Positions 16,466-25,086 of a stretch of DNA of 32,000 nucleotides are shown one piece after another. The notes beneath the pieces were generated by a model. It worked only from the letters and a program-made list of their open reading frames with translations, searched no databases and was not told the DNA's origin. Position numbers and translations under genes: made by a program. Every line of letters begins with the position of its first letter. The stretch's first letter is position 1. The stretch is from Candidatus Korarchaeum cryptofilum OPF8 (GTDB lineage: Archaea; Korarchaeota; Korarchaeia; Korarchaeales; Korarchaeaceae), in assembly GCF_000019605.1 (NCBI RefSeq), contig NC_010482.1:960001-992000 (forward strand). The letters run 5' to 3'.

Positions 16466-16578
16466 AATCCCACCTGTCTTAACGGTTTAATTTTTCGACT
16501 CTATCTGATTCACCCCGAAAGAGGCTCACTTAACGATAGCTTTATATGGCTAGAGCTCTCCTGAGCTTAGTGGTGATC

Positions 16579-16989
16579 ATGAGCTCCGAGGAGATCAAAG
16601 CTAAGATTTTAGGGGTGCTCAAGTTCATAACGGATCCCGAGATCCCGATAAACATAGTGGATCTGGGCTTAATAAGGGAGATGAAAGTGGAGGATGGTAA
16701 AGTCAACATCAAGATGGTCATGACCGCCCCAGGTTGCCCCTACTCCATGACTCTGCTTCGAATAGTTGAGGAAAGCATTAAGCAAGCGATCCCGGAGGTG
16801 GAGGAAGTTAAGGTTGAGCTGATCGATTATCCGCCTTGGACCCCAGCCGATATGACCGAAGAGGGTAGGGAGCTCTTCAAGAGGAATTACGGTTACGATA
16901 TAATGGAGAGCTTCATAGAGAGGTACGGGAGCATTGAGAACTACTATCAGCTCGTCCGCAAGTATCTGGGGATGGAGGAAGATGTTTAA
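16579..16989 (+). CDS. DUF59/MIP18-family Fe-S cluster assembly-related protein with a C-terminal extension of about 45 aa
   Basis: The DUF59 signature ITDPEIPINIVDLGLI and the ...TAPGCPY motif are present. The TATA-like 'ctttatat' abuts ATG 16546, so I prefer ATG 16579 (MSSEEIK...). Confidence 0.7.
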   Translation: MSSEEIKAKILGVLKFITDPEIPINIVDLGLIREMKVEDGKVNIKMVMTAPGCPYSMTLLRIVEESIKQAIPEVEEVKVELIDYPPWTPADMTEEGRELFKRNYGYDIMESFIERYGSIENYYQLVRKYLGMEEDV

Positions 16990-17078
16990 CATTTTTACAA
17001 AATTCGTCAGCCCATTGGCCAGCTAAAGCTTATAAGTATCCCCCCGGTGAGGTATGAGAGGGGTGTTCTCCCATTAGG

Positions 17079-18227
17079 GTGGCAGTTTTCGGAGCGGGGT
17101 CCGTTGGAAGGGCAATAATTTACGACCTATATGAGAGAGTGACGGGATCCAATCTGCTAGTTGTGGACGCCAATCCTTCTAATCTGGAGGCGGCATCTAA
17201 AATAGCGAGTAAGGCGGAGTTTAAGAAAGTGGATCTGAAGGATGTAGATGATTTCTACAGGATAATGAAGGATGTGGATATAGCTGTCAATTCCCTCCCC
17301 GGGAGGTTCGGGAAGCTCTCCTGGGTGGCCTCTATAAAGGCCAAAACCGATTTAGTTGATGTATCTTACTCTGAGGACGATCCTACTTACTACCACGTCC
17401 AAGCGGGTGAGGCGGGCGTAACGATAGTCCCTGACGCTGGCGTTGCCCCGGGGCTCAGCAACATGATGGCGGGAAGGGCTTACGCTCAGCTCGAGGAAGT
17501 GAAGGAACTCAAGATTTATGTTGGAGGTATCCCCGAGAGGCCAATCCCTCCCTTAGGCTATTTAGTGACTTGGAGCCCTGAGGACCTCATAGAGGAGTAC
17601 GTTAGAGATGCTAGATTGATTGAGAGCGGATCCCTCACGAAGAAACCAGCTTTGAGCGATCTCGAGAGGATATACATACCCGAAATAGGGGAATTAGAAG
17701 CTTTCCTGACGGATGGATTGAGAACTATGCTTAAGACGTTGAAGGGAGTTGAGTTCATGGCTGAGAAGACTTTAAGGTGGCCTGGGCACGCGGAGAAGAT
17801 AGAGCTCCTGAGGACACTGGGTTACTTCAGTAAGGAGCCCATATCGAATAGTGAGGGTATAACCCCAGCTCATGTGACTGCTAGACTATTCAGGGAGAAG
17901 CTCAAGGGAGATTCCAAGGATCTGGTCATTTTGATAGTGCAGGCGAAGGGGAGGAGGAGCCCCAGCAATATGGAGATAGAATACAGGATGATCGATAGGT
18001 ACGATGAAGCCACTGGTTTAACTGCGCTCGCCAGGACTACTGCCTTCTCCGCTACGGGCATAGTTAAGTTGATCGCCGAGGGCTCTATCCCGGGCCCTGG
18101 CGTGCTCCCCCCCGAAGTGATCGGGATGGATGAGAATCTCTTCGCTCTGATGGCGGAGTGGCTCTCCTGGAGGGGCATCAGGATAGTTGAAAGGGTGACT
18201 GAGTCCAGGATGATACCATCCACCTGA
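17079..18227 (+). CDS. Saccharopine dehydrogenase-family NAD(P) oxidoreductase (LYS9/COG1748-like)
   Basis: An N-terminal Rossmann VFGAGSVGRAI motif is present, plus family-typical PDAGVAPGLSNMMA and TLRWPGH. GTG is the only start candidate downstream of the in-frame TGA at 17055. Confidence 0.7.
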   Translation: MAVFGAGSVGRAIIYDLYERVTGSNLLVVDANPSNLEAASKIASKAEFKKVDLKDVDDFYRIMKDVDIAVNSLPGRFGKLSWVASIKAKTDLVDVSYSEDDPTYYHVQAGEAGVTIVPDAGVAPGLSNMMAGRAYAQLEEVKELKIYVGGIPERPIPPLGYLVTWSPEDLIEEYVRDARLIESGSLTKKPALSDLERIYIPEIGELEAFLTDGLRTMLKTLKGVEFMAEKTLRWPGHAEKIELLRTLGYFSKEPISNSEGITPAHVTARLFREKLKGDSKDLVILIVQAKGRRSPSNMEIEYRMIDRYDEATGLTALARTTAFSATGIVKLIAEGSIPGPGVLPPEVIGMDENLFALMAEWLSWRGIRIVERVTESRMIPST

Positions 18228-18278
18228 ATCCTCTTTTTGGAGCCTCAATTCCTCAAGAGCCACAGTTAATTTGATCGG

Positions 18279-18932
18279 GTGCACTTCATGAGTGAGATAG
18301 CGAGGATTTATGATGAGATCGCGGATAGTTACTTCCATTTCAGGTCTAGGCCATGGCCTGAGGTTGAACTTGTGGACTCGGGACCCGTCCTCGATTTGGG
18401 ATGCGGGAGCGGTAGAAATGCTTCCTATCTAATGAAGAGGGGTTTCGAGATAATATGCGCCGATATATCTTTGGGAATGCTCAATATGGCCTCTAGAATT
18501 TTTTCAGGGGAGAGAGTTCAATGTGATGCAGCTTTCCTGCCCTTCAGGGATGGATCCTTCTCAACAGTGCTTTACATAGCTACGCTGCATCATCTGGAGG
18601 ATGATCTCCGCTTGAGATCCCTTATGGAAGTCAGGAGAGTTTTAAAGGATGGAGGGAAAGCGATAATATCTGTTTGGGCTCTCTTTCAACCTAGGTTCTT
18701 CAGAAAATTCCCCGAGATGTTCTTAAATTTCATCAGAGGAGGGGATTTTCACGACGTCTACGTGCCATGGAGGAAGGGTGGAAGGGTCTTCATGCGATAC
18801 TACCACCTATTCACCAGATCAGAGTTCCTCTCCCTCCTGAGGAAGGCGGGCTTCTCTGAGATTAAGTATCACAAGAGGAGCTTCAGATCGAGATTCTTCG
18901 CTGAGAATCATGTTGCGGTGGTGAGGAAGTGA
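18279..18932 (+). CDS. Class I SAM-dependent methyltransferase, Trm9-like
   Basis: The SAM motif VLDLGCGSGRN is present. Trm9-like C-terminal elements are also present: DVYVPWR ... RYYHLFTRSEF. Confidence 0.65.
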   Translation: MHFMSEIARIYDEIADSYFHFRSRPWPEVELVDSGPVLDLGCGSGRNASYLMKRGFEIICADISLGMLNMASRIFSGERVQCDAAFLPFRDGSFSTVLYIATLHHLEDDLRLRSLMEVRRVLKDGGKAIISVWALFQPRFFRKFPEMFLNFIRGGDFHDVYVPWRKGGRVFMRYYHLFTRSEFLSLLRKAGFSEIKYHKRSFRSRFFAENHVAVVRK

Positions 18933-18968
18933 TTAATAATTGTGATGCTTCAGTAGGTAGGTGACACC

Positions 18969-19709
18969 TTGGAGAGGATTAAGCTGGGGTTGGAGCCTCT
19001 GGATGCTTTAGTGCCAGACGGTATGATCAGAGGGAGCCTCGTTGGAATCTTCGGTGAGACCGGAACTGGGAAAAGCGTCATACTTAATGAATTAGCTTTC
19101 AGATTCCTGCAGAGGGGGGAGAATGTCCTCTTCGTTTTACTCGAGGATTTACCTTTCTCCAGGATCCTGAGCTTCGATGCCCTCGGTTTCGATATAAGAA
19201 GGTACTTGGGGGAGGGGAAGCTCAAGTTCCTGGACTGCTTCTCCTACAGGTTGAGGGGCTTCGATGTGGAGATGGAACCCTACCTAGAGGGGAACGTAAT
19301 AGAGGCAGAGGATCCCAGGAACCCTGAGAGCGTGTGGGAGGAGATCTTCAGTAGGGCTAAGGAGATCAGGGGGAAAGGGGTTGTTCTAATAGATTCCATG
19401 ACGGAATTCCTCACGATAGCTCCCGATGCTTCAGTCCTCCTAGATCTCATGAAGACAGCTAAAGCTTTACTCTGCAGGTACTATGGAATTCCCATCATAT
19501 ACAGCTTCCACTTCGGATTCTACGACGACTTCAGGTTCCAGATAGAGGTCTTCTCGGATGGCGTAATAGACTTGAGGTTCAATCCGGAGGTCGTGAATAA
19601 CGCTTTAGTCAAGCAGATCAGGGTCAGGAGGATGAGTGGATCTAGGCATAGGACAGAATGGCTGACTTTCGATGTTGAGAGTGGTAAGGGGATAGTCTCG
19701 GTGAAGTGA
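18969..19709 (+). CDS. Single-domain KaiC/RadC/Rad55-like RecA-superfamily ATPase
   Basis: The N-terminus RIKLGLEPLDALVPDGMIRGSLVGIFGETGTGKS carries the Walker A (nt 19053-19076). A Walker B-like GVVLIDSM motif is present. A GGTGA SD lies 4 nt upstream of the TTG start, which is the only start after the in-frame TAG at 18954. Confidence 0.8.
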   Translation: MERIKLGLEPLDALVPDGMIRGSLVGIFGETGTGKSVILNELAFRFLQRGENVLFVLLEDLPFSRILSFDALGFDIRRYLGEGKLKFLDCFSYRLRGFDVEMEPYLEGNVIEAEDPRNPESVWEEIFSRAKEIRGKGVVLIDSMTEFLTIAPDASVLLDLMKTAKALLCRYYGIPIIYSFHFGFYDDFRFQIEVFSDGVIDLRFNPEVVNNALVKQIRVRRMSGSRHRTEWLTFDVESGKGIVSVK

Positions 19710-19710
19710 T

Positions 19711-20319
19711 ATGAGGAGCTCGCTATCAGCAGCTAAATCCATCCTGAGGTCCAGGGGATATGAGATAAGAGCTGAGCTAGTTCCGGTGAGGGTAGGGGGA
19801 TATGAGATAAGCGATGTCGATTTGCTAGCTGAGAGGGGAAACGACCTCTATGCTGTTGAGGTGAAGAACGGGAAGCTGGATATAGGTGGAGTTAGACAGG
19901 CTTACGTTAATGCCCTCCTCCTGAACTCGAAGCCCCTCATAGTTTGCAGGGGCTTCTCAGATGCTGCTGCCGAAGCCCTAGCTAAGGAGCTTGGGATCGA
20001 GGTAATCGTTCTCGATGACCTCATGATATCGGATCCCGAGGAGTTGAGGAGGATCCTGAGGGAGGAGCTCAGATCCGCTTTGATTGAAGTCCTGCCATCC
20101 ATCCTCTATCCATCTGAATTGGATGAGGAGGATATGGAGATATTGAGAGCCATAGCTAAATCTTCCGACTTCTTAGAAGCGGCCTCCCATCTTGGGATGA
20201 CTCCAGATAAGCTCGGAAACCTCCTGAAGGATATGAGAAGCAAGGGGAAGATCCCCAAGTGGGCTAAGGATTACGTCCAAGTTAAGGGATGGGCCGAGTT
20301 AATCACATCGAGGGGTTAA
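19711..20319 (+). CDS. Mrr/Hjc-like PD-(D/E)xK nuclease domain fused to a C-terminal helix-turn-helix domain
   Basis: The N-terminal part reads RSRGYEI...ISDVDLLAERGNDLYAVEVKNGK (D..D...ExK, nt 19813-19866). It continues KPLIVCRGFSDAAAEALAKELGIEVIVLDDL, which follows the pattern of the second half of Mrr_cat. The C-terminal part, MEILRAIAKSSDFLEAASHLGMTPDKLGNLLKDMRSKGKI, is HTH-like. The ATG is 1 nt after the upstream TGA. Confidence 0.6.
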   Translation: MRSSLSAAKSILRSRGYEIRAELVPVRVGGYEISDVDLLAERGNDLYAVEVKNGKLDIGGVRQAYVNALLLNSKPLIVCRGFSDAAAEALAKELGIEVIVLDDLMISDPEELRRILREELRSALIEVLPSILYPSELDEEDMEILRAIAKSSDFLEAASHLGMTPDKLGNLLKDMRSKGKIPKWAKDYVQVKGWAELITSRG

Positions 20320-20354
20320 GTTAAGTTTATCTCCCAATACCTCCGGAAAATTGG

Positions 20355-20912
20355 ATGAAGTCGAGATCCCTCATCTTCCTGCTGGTAGCTATCCTCCTGA
20401 TAGCTCTAATTTTATGGGGTCTTGGCGGATCTAGGCGTGGGGGGAATGTTATGGGGAACTTCACCCTGAAGTCCGTTTTCGGCAATAATGAGACCATACC
20501 TAAGAAGTACACGTGCGATGGTGATGACTTATCCCCGCCACTGAGCTGGGAGGGGAGGCCTGAGGGGACCGTCAGCTACGTCCTCATAGTAGACGATCCA
20601 GACGCTCCTGCGGGCACCTTCACCCACTGGGTCCTCTACAACATACCCGGAGACCTCAACTCCCTCCCCGAGGGAGTGCCCCAGGGGAAGGAGGTCAAGT
20701 ATGGATATCAGGGGAGGAACGATTTCGGGGCATACGGTTACGGTGGTCCTTGCCCTCCGAGAGGGAAGCCTCACAGGTATTTCTTCAAGTTATACGCCCT
20801 CGATACGAAATTGGATCTGCCGCCCGGAGCTAAAAGAGGGGATGTTGAGAGAGCGATGAAGGGGCATGTCATAGGGGAGGCTCAACTAATCGGCCTCTAC
20901 GGGAGGGGCTAG
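20355..20912 (+). CDS. YbhB/YbcL-type PEBP (Raf kinase inhibitor-like) protein with an N-terminal signal/anchor
   Basis: PEBP motifs are present: VDDPDAP, FTHWVLYNIP, PPRGKPHRYFFKLYALD. Confidence 0.85.
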   Translation: MKSRSLIFLLVAILLIALILWGLGGSRRGGNVMGNFTLKSVFGNNETIPKKYTCDGDDLSPPLSWEGRPEGTVSYVLIVDDPDAPAGTFTHWVLYNIPGDLNSLPEGVPQGKEVKYGYQGRNDFGAYGYGGPCPPRGKPHRYFFKLYALDTKLDLPPGAKRGDVERAMKGHVIGEAQLIGLYGRG

Positions 20913-21904
20913 TCCCTCAACCTATCCACTATTTTTTCCACGACCTGCTCCGTCCTGAAGTCACCTCCCAGATCTGGAGTGAGTATCCTATCCCTTATCA
21001 CGGAGTCTACCGCTTCCCTTATCTTTTCCCCTCTCTTAGGGCTCCTTCCTCTCTCCCAAAGCCAATCCAGCATCATTGAAGCTGCTATTATCATCCCTAT
21101 GGGATTGGCTACCCCCTTCCCAGCTATATCCTCCCCAGTACCATGGATGGGCTCGAATGCTGCGAAATCCTCACCTATTTGAGCTGAACCGCAGAGCCCT
21201 ATGCTTCCCACTACTCCCGCTGCTACATCGGATAGTATATCCCCATAGAGGTTCGGTGTGAGCATCACATCGAAAGCGTTATCCAGTTTGACCAATTTAT
21301 AGCCAGCCGCATCCACTATTTCATCATCAGCCCTCAGATCGAACTTAGATGCCACTCTATAGAAGGCATCTAGGAAGAGGCCATCCGTCCTCTTGAGTAT
21401 GTTCCTCTTATGTATGGCGGTCACCCTCCCCCTCCCCTCCCTCTTAGCTAGATTGAATGCGAATTCTGAGATCCTCTCAGCACCCCTTTTAGTTATGACT
21501 CTCATCGCTATAGCCCTATCCTCATCCTCCACCTCCCATCCGTAGTAAAGGCACTCCAGATTCTCCCTCACTAATATCGTGTCGATCCTCCTAATTGAGA
21601 TACCCTCGTAGCTCCTGAAGGGCCTCACGTTCGCGTATAGCTTGAACTCCCTCCTCAGAAGTGTGTTGACACTAGGATAACTTGGACCCTTCGTTGGAGT
21701 AGCTACTGGGCCCTTGAGTAGGGAGTCGCACTCTCTTATCTTTTCAATGGCATTATCCTCAATCGGCTTTCCTTCTTCAATGAAATAAGATTTTCCGGCT
21801 TTTATCTCAATGAAATCAGCTCCAATATATCTCTCAAGTAGGGATAGAGTTGCCCCCATTATCTCAGGTCCGACACCATCCCCCTTTATCACCGCTATCC
21901 TCAT
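20909..21904 (-). CDS. Isopropylmalate/homoisocitrate/isocitrate dehydrogenase family (LeuB-type, short form)
   Basis: Family motifs are present: MRIAVIKGDGVGPEI, LLKGPV, VRENLECLY, NLYGDILSD. I prefer ATG 21904 with an upstream SD-like GGAGTGA; the ORF-track TTG is at 21919. Confidence 0.85.
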   Translation of the reverse strand: MRIAVIKGDGVGPEIMGATLSLLERYIGADFIEIKAGKSYFIEEGKPIEDNAIEKIRECDSLLKGPVATPTKGPSYPSVNTLLRREFKLYANVRPFRSYEGISIRRIDTILVRENLECLYYGWEVEDEDRAIAMRVITKRGAERISEFAFNLAKREGRGRVTAIHKRNILKRTDGLFLDAFYRVASKFDLRADDEIVDAAGYKLVKLDNAFDVMLTPNLYGDILSDVAAGVVGSIGLCGSAQIGEDFAAFEPIHGTGEDIAGKGVANPIGMIIAASMMLDWLWERGRSPKRGEKIREAVDSVIRDRILTPDLGGDFRTEQVVEKIVDRLRD

Positions 21905-21909
21905 CCCTC

Positions 21910-22404
21910 TCACTCCCAAGGGAACTTACCCCTCCTCCTGAAGTACTCCACGATGCCGCCCTCCTCGAATATCTCCAGTATCTCCCTGGGGAAAGGTTTG
22001 AAGGTGAAGACGAGGGATTTTGTGATATTCTCTATCTTCCCCTCCTCAAGATGCACTTTGACTATATCCCATTGATCGGCTTCTATCTCAGCCTCTATCA
22101 CCGGCAGACCTACGTTCACGGCATTCCTGTAGAATATCCTAGCGAAGCTAGAGGCTATTACAGCCCCTATGCCCACTATCTTCAACAATCTAGCAGCATG
22201 CTCCCTACTTGAACCGTAACCGAAGTTCTTACCGGCTACTATCACGTCCCCAGGCTTAACGGATTCATGGAAGTTGGGTATCAGATCGTTGAATACGTAC
22301 TTCTTCATATCCTCCAAGCTACCGGAGGAGTACTTCAGCCTCCCCGGTATTATGTGATCCGTGGTTATATCGTCCCCCAGCCTCCAGACCCTGCCCACTA
22401 TCAA
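21910..22404 (-). CDS. Aconitase-family dehydratase small subunit (LeuD/HacB-type)
   Basis: The motifs GDDITTDHIIPG and GKNFGYGSSREHAA are present. The gene has a 4-nt overlap with the upstream large-subunit gene. Confidence 0.85.
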   Translation of the reverse strand: MIVGRVWRLGDDITTDHIIPGRLKYSSGSLEDMKKYVFNDLIPNFHESVKPGDVIVAGKNFGYGSSREHAARLLKIVGIGAVIASSFARIFYRNAVNVGLPVIEAEIEADQWDIVKVHLEEGKIENITKSLVFTFKPFPREILEIFEEGGIVEYFRRRGKFPWE

Positions 22405-23648
22405 CTCAAGAACCTCCCTGGATCTGTGAGCTTGCCCTCAACTGCGGAAGCCGCTGCTGTGAGGGGTGAGGCTAGATAAACTCTGCTATCCGGAGATCCC
22501 ATCCTACCGGGGAAGTTCCTAGTGGATGTCGATACAACAGTCTCACCTGGACCCGCTAATCCCATATGGGCCCCTATGCACGGCCCGCATGTGGGAGGGC
22601 CTACCGTACAACCGAACTCCAGGAGCGATCTCATAAGGCCGGAATCGATGAGTTTCATCTGAACCTCCTTAGATGCTGGTACCGTTATGCATCTAACCCC
22701 TTCCTTCAACTTCCTCCCCCTCATTATCCTAGAGGCCAATAGGAAGTCCTCGAACCTTCCCCCTGAGCACGAGCCTATGAACACTAAGTCCACTTCCTCC
22801 CCCTCGACTTCCTCGACTGGGGCTACGCGATCCACGCTATTAGGGAGGGAGACGTTGGGCTTTATCTCCTCAGCTGGGAATTCATAAAATGCCGAGTAAT
22901 TAGCTTCCTCATCCGGCCATATACCCTCGAAATGGCCTACCCTTTCCTTCAGCCATTCTGAGGTCCTCCCATCCGTCGGTATCATAGCTACCTTAGCCCC
23001 CATCTCGACGCTCATATTAGCTAGGACCATCTTGGAGTCGAGGCTCATAGCCTCCACTGCCGATCCCAAGAATTCAACAGCTTTGTAGTTCGCTCCATCG
23101 CTACCCAGCCTCCCTATGACCTCTAGGATCACATCCTTCGCTGTGACATGATTTTTCAGAGTGCCATCTACCTTAACTGCGATGCTCTCAGGTACTTTGA
23201 GCCAGATCTTCCCAGTTAGCATCGCTATAGCGGCGTCTGTACTTCCCACTCCGGTAGCGAAAGCCCCTAGGGCTCCTAGAGTCACTGTATGACTATCCGC
23301 CCCTATGACTAGATCCCAGGGCTTAACTAATCCCCTCTCCGGGATCACTTGATGACAGATCCCCTCCCCCACATCGAAGATCCTCACGCCCCATCTGGAG
23401 GCGAAGTCCCTCATCCTCCTGTGATTAGCGGCAGCATCCACATTGGGGGGCGGAGATGCATGGTCTATCGTGAATATAGCTCTGCTCCTCAGTTCCCTCA
23501 GCCCTAGCTCCTCGATCATCTCTATAGTTAAAGGCGCCGTCCCGTCATGGGCGTAAACTAGATCGACGTCCGCGACTATATGCTCCCCGGGATATACCCT
23601 CCTCCCAGCCTTCTTCGATAATATCTTCTCAGACATAGTCATCGGCAT
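22401..23648 (-). CDS. Aconitase-family dehydratase large subunit (LeuC/HacA-type)
   Basis: Family motifs are present: MSEKIL, DLVYAHDGT, GADSHT, and IGSCSGGR and CGPCIG (Fe-S Cys ligands). The start overlaps the upstream gene's stop. Confidence 0.85.
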   Translation of the reverse strand: MPMTMSEKILSKKAGRRVYPGEHIVADVDLVYAHDGTAPLTIEMIEELGLRELRSRAIFTIDHASPPPNVDAAANHRRMRDFASRWGVRIFDVGEGICHQVIPERGLVKPWDLVIGADSHTVTLGALGAFATGVGSTDAAIAMLTGKIWLKVPESIAVKVDGTLKNHVTAKDVILEVIGRLGSDGANYKAVEFLGSAVEAMSLDSKMVLANMSVEMGAKVAMIPTDGRTSEWLKERVGHFEGIWPDEEANYSAFYEFPAEEIKPNVSLPNSVDRVAPVEEVEGEEVDLVFIGSCSGGRFEDFLLASRIMRGRKLKEGVRCITVPASKEVQMKLIDSGLMRSLLEFGCTVGPPTCGPCIGAHMGLAGPGETVVSTSTRNFPGRMGSPDSRVYLASPLTAAASAVEGKLTDPGRFLS

Positions 23649-24919
23649 AATTCACTCACCTCTGAGAGCTCCGGGAAGTACTTCTTGAGGAGGGAGAGAG
23701 CTTCTTCTTCACTCAATGGCTCAGTCCTCCCTTCCTCGAAGATCTTGAGCATCTCCCTATAGGCTAGCTCCACTCTGGGATCCTCCTTCAGGCTCTCCCA
23801 TTCCTCGATATTGAGCTTCCTCGCCAGCCAGTAGATTATCCCGGACCTCCCGGAGTAGGGTGAGATCTCAATCGAGTAGGGCCTCCCGATGATAGTTGGA
23901 TCGAACGGAAGGTATATAGCTGGATTCTTCAGCAAGCCATCTATATGAATCCCCGCTTTAGTTTTGAACGCATTTTCCCCGAGTATGGGATAAAATTCCG
24001 GTATCCTGAATCCCATCTCACTGAATACATCTATTATTTTACTCAATGCCTTGAGATTGAGCTTCCTCTCCCCTGATAGTTGTGAGTGCATTATAGCCAT
24101 AGCTTCGAGAGGGCAGTTGCCCGCTCTCTCCCCTATGCCCATGAGCGTGCAGTTCGATATAGAAGCACCGTAGAGCCAAGCAGCCAGATGGTTCGCTACA
24201 ACTAGGTGAAAATCGTTGTGACCATGGAACTCGATCTGCTCGCTTCTCAATCCCATCTCCTCTATAAGAGATCTTATGAGCCTGGGAACCCCTCTAGGAA
24301 GGGGAGATTCCGGAAAGGGAAGGGCTAGGCCCAAGGTATCCGAGATCTTGAAGCTCACCTCCCCTCCCTCCCTCTCCGAGATCCTCAGGATGTCCTCTAT
24401 GAATGGGAGGACGAAGCCGTAAATATCCGATCTAGTTATGTCCTCCATAGCTACCTTGAGCTTCAATCCCATCCTCAATCCCTCCCTTATCGCTGATAAG
24501 AACTTCTCCCTTGCTTCAGTTCTGCTCATTCTCAGCTTGTAGTGGATATGGTAGTCGGAGACTGAAGTGAGGAGCACCGTAGTGTCTAGGCCGCACTCCT
24601 TCACGAGCTTCAGATCCTCAATTCTCGCCCTGATCCACCCTATAGGATTGGGTGTGGTCCCAAAATCCCTGAGGGCCTTTATTACTTCCCTATCCTTCGA
24701 TGTGTATGGAAATAGTTCTATATCCCTTATAACACCGCTTCCCCCGTCCAGCTCGGATAGTATGGAGTATATCTTGATGCACTCCTCCTTGCTGAATGGC
24801 CTGCTCCCCTGCTGACCGTCCCTCAGTGTAGTATCCGTTATCAGTAGATCATGGGAGGGGAGCCTCCTAGCTAATCTGGGCATATCCAGCTCGGGAAAGA
24901 ACCACTCATACCATCTCAA
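23639..24919 (-). CDS. DRE-TIM metallolyase of the isopropylmalate/homocitrate/Re-citrate synthase group; no LeuA C-terminal regulatory domain
   Basis: The motifs ITDTTLRDGQQG (Gln where LeuA/CimA/HCS have RDGEQ) and HGHNDFHL are present. The TTG start at 24919 is preceded by a GGGGGAT SD-like element. The first ATG is at 24883. Confidence 0.7.
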   Translation of the reverse strand: MRWYEWFFPELDMPRLARRLPSHDLLITDTTLRDGQQGSRPFSKEECIKIYSILSELDGGSGVIRDIELFPYTSKDREVIKALRDFGTTPNPIGWIRARIEDLKLVKECGLDTTVLLTSVSDYHIHYKLRMSRTEAREKFLSAIREGLRMGLKLKVAMEDITRSDIYGFVLPFIEDILRISEREGGEVSFKISDTLGLALPFPESPLPRGVPRLIRSLIEEMGLRSEQIEFHGHNDFHLVVANHLAAWLYGASISNCTLMGIGERAGNCPLEAMAIMHSQLSGERKLNLKALSKIIDVFSEMGFRIPEFYPILGENAFKTKAGIHIDGLLKNPAIYLPFDPTIIGRPYSIEISPYSGRSGIIYWLARKLNIEEWESLKEDPRVELAYREMLKIFEEGRTEPLSEEEALSLLKKYFPELSEVSELCR

Positions 24920-25010
24920 TTCTCATCCCCCTCTCAGTTCAAGGAATCGATGTTACATAGGCGTATAACGTGAATCGGTTCGATAGTTTTGGAATACGTG
25001 ATTAGGAATT

Positions 25011-25020
25011 GTATATAAGC
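25011..25020 (-). promoter_or_regulatory. Strong TATA-like box (minus strand gcttatatac) upstream of the synthase operon
   Basis: The box is about 95 nt upstream of TTG 24919, which implies a 5' leader of about 70 nt. An A5 run at about 25040 (T5 on the minus strand) could terminate the upstream gene. Confidence 0.3.
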
Positions 25021-25086
25021 ATATCGTTCGGCAGATGCGAAAAATGTACGAAGATCGGATCTATATAAATTGCGATGATCTTTCCA

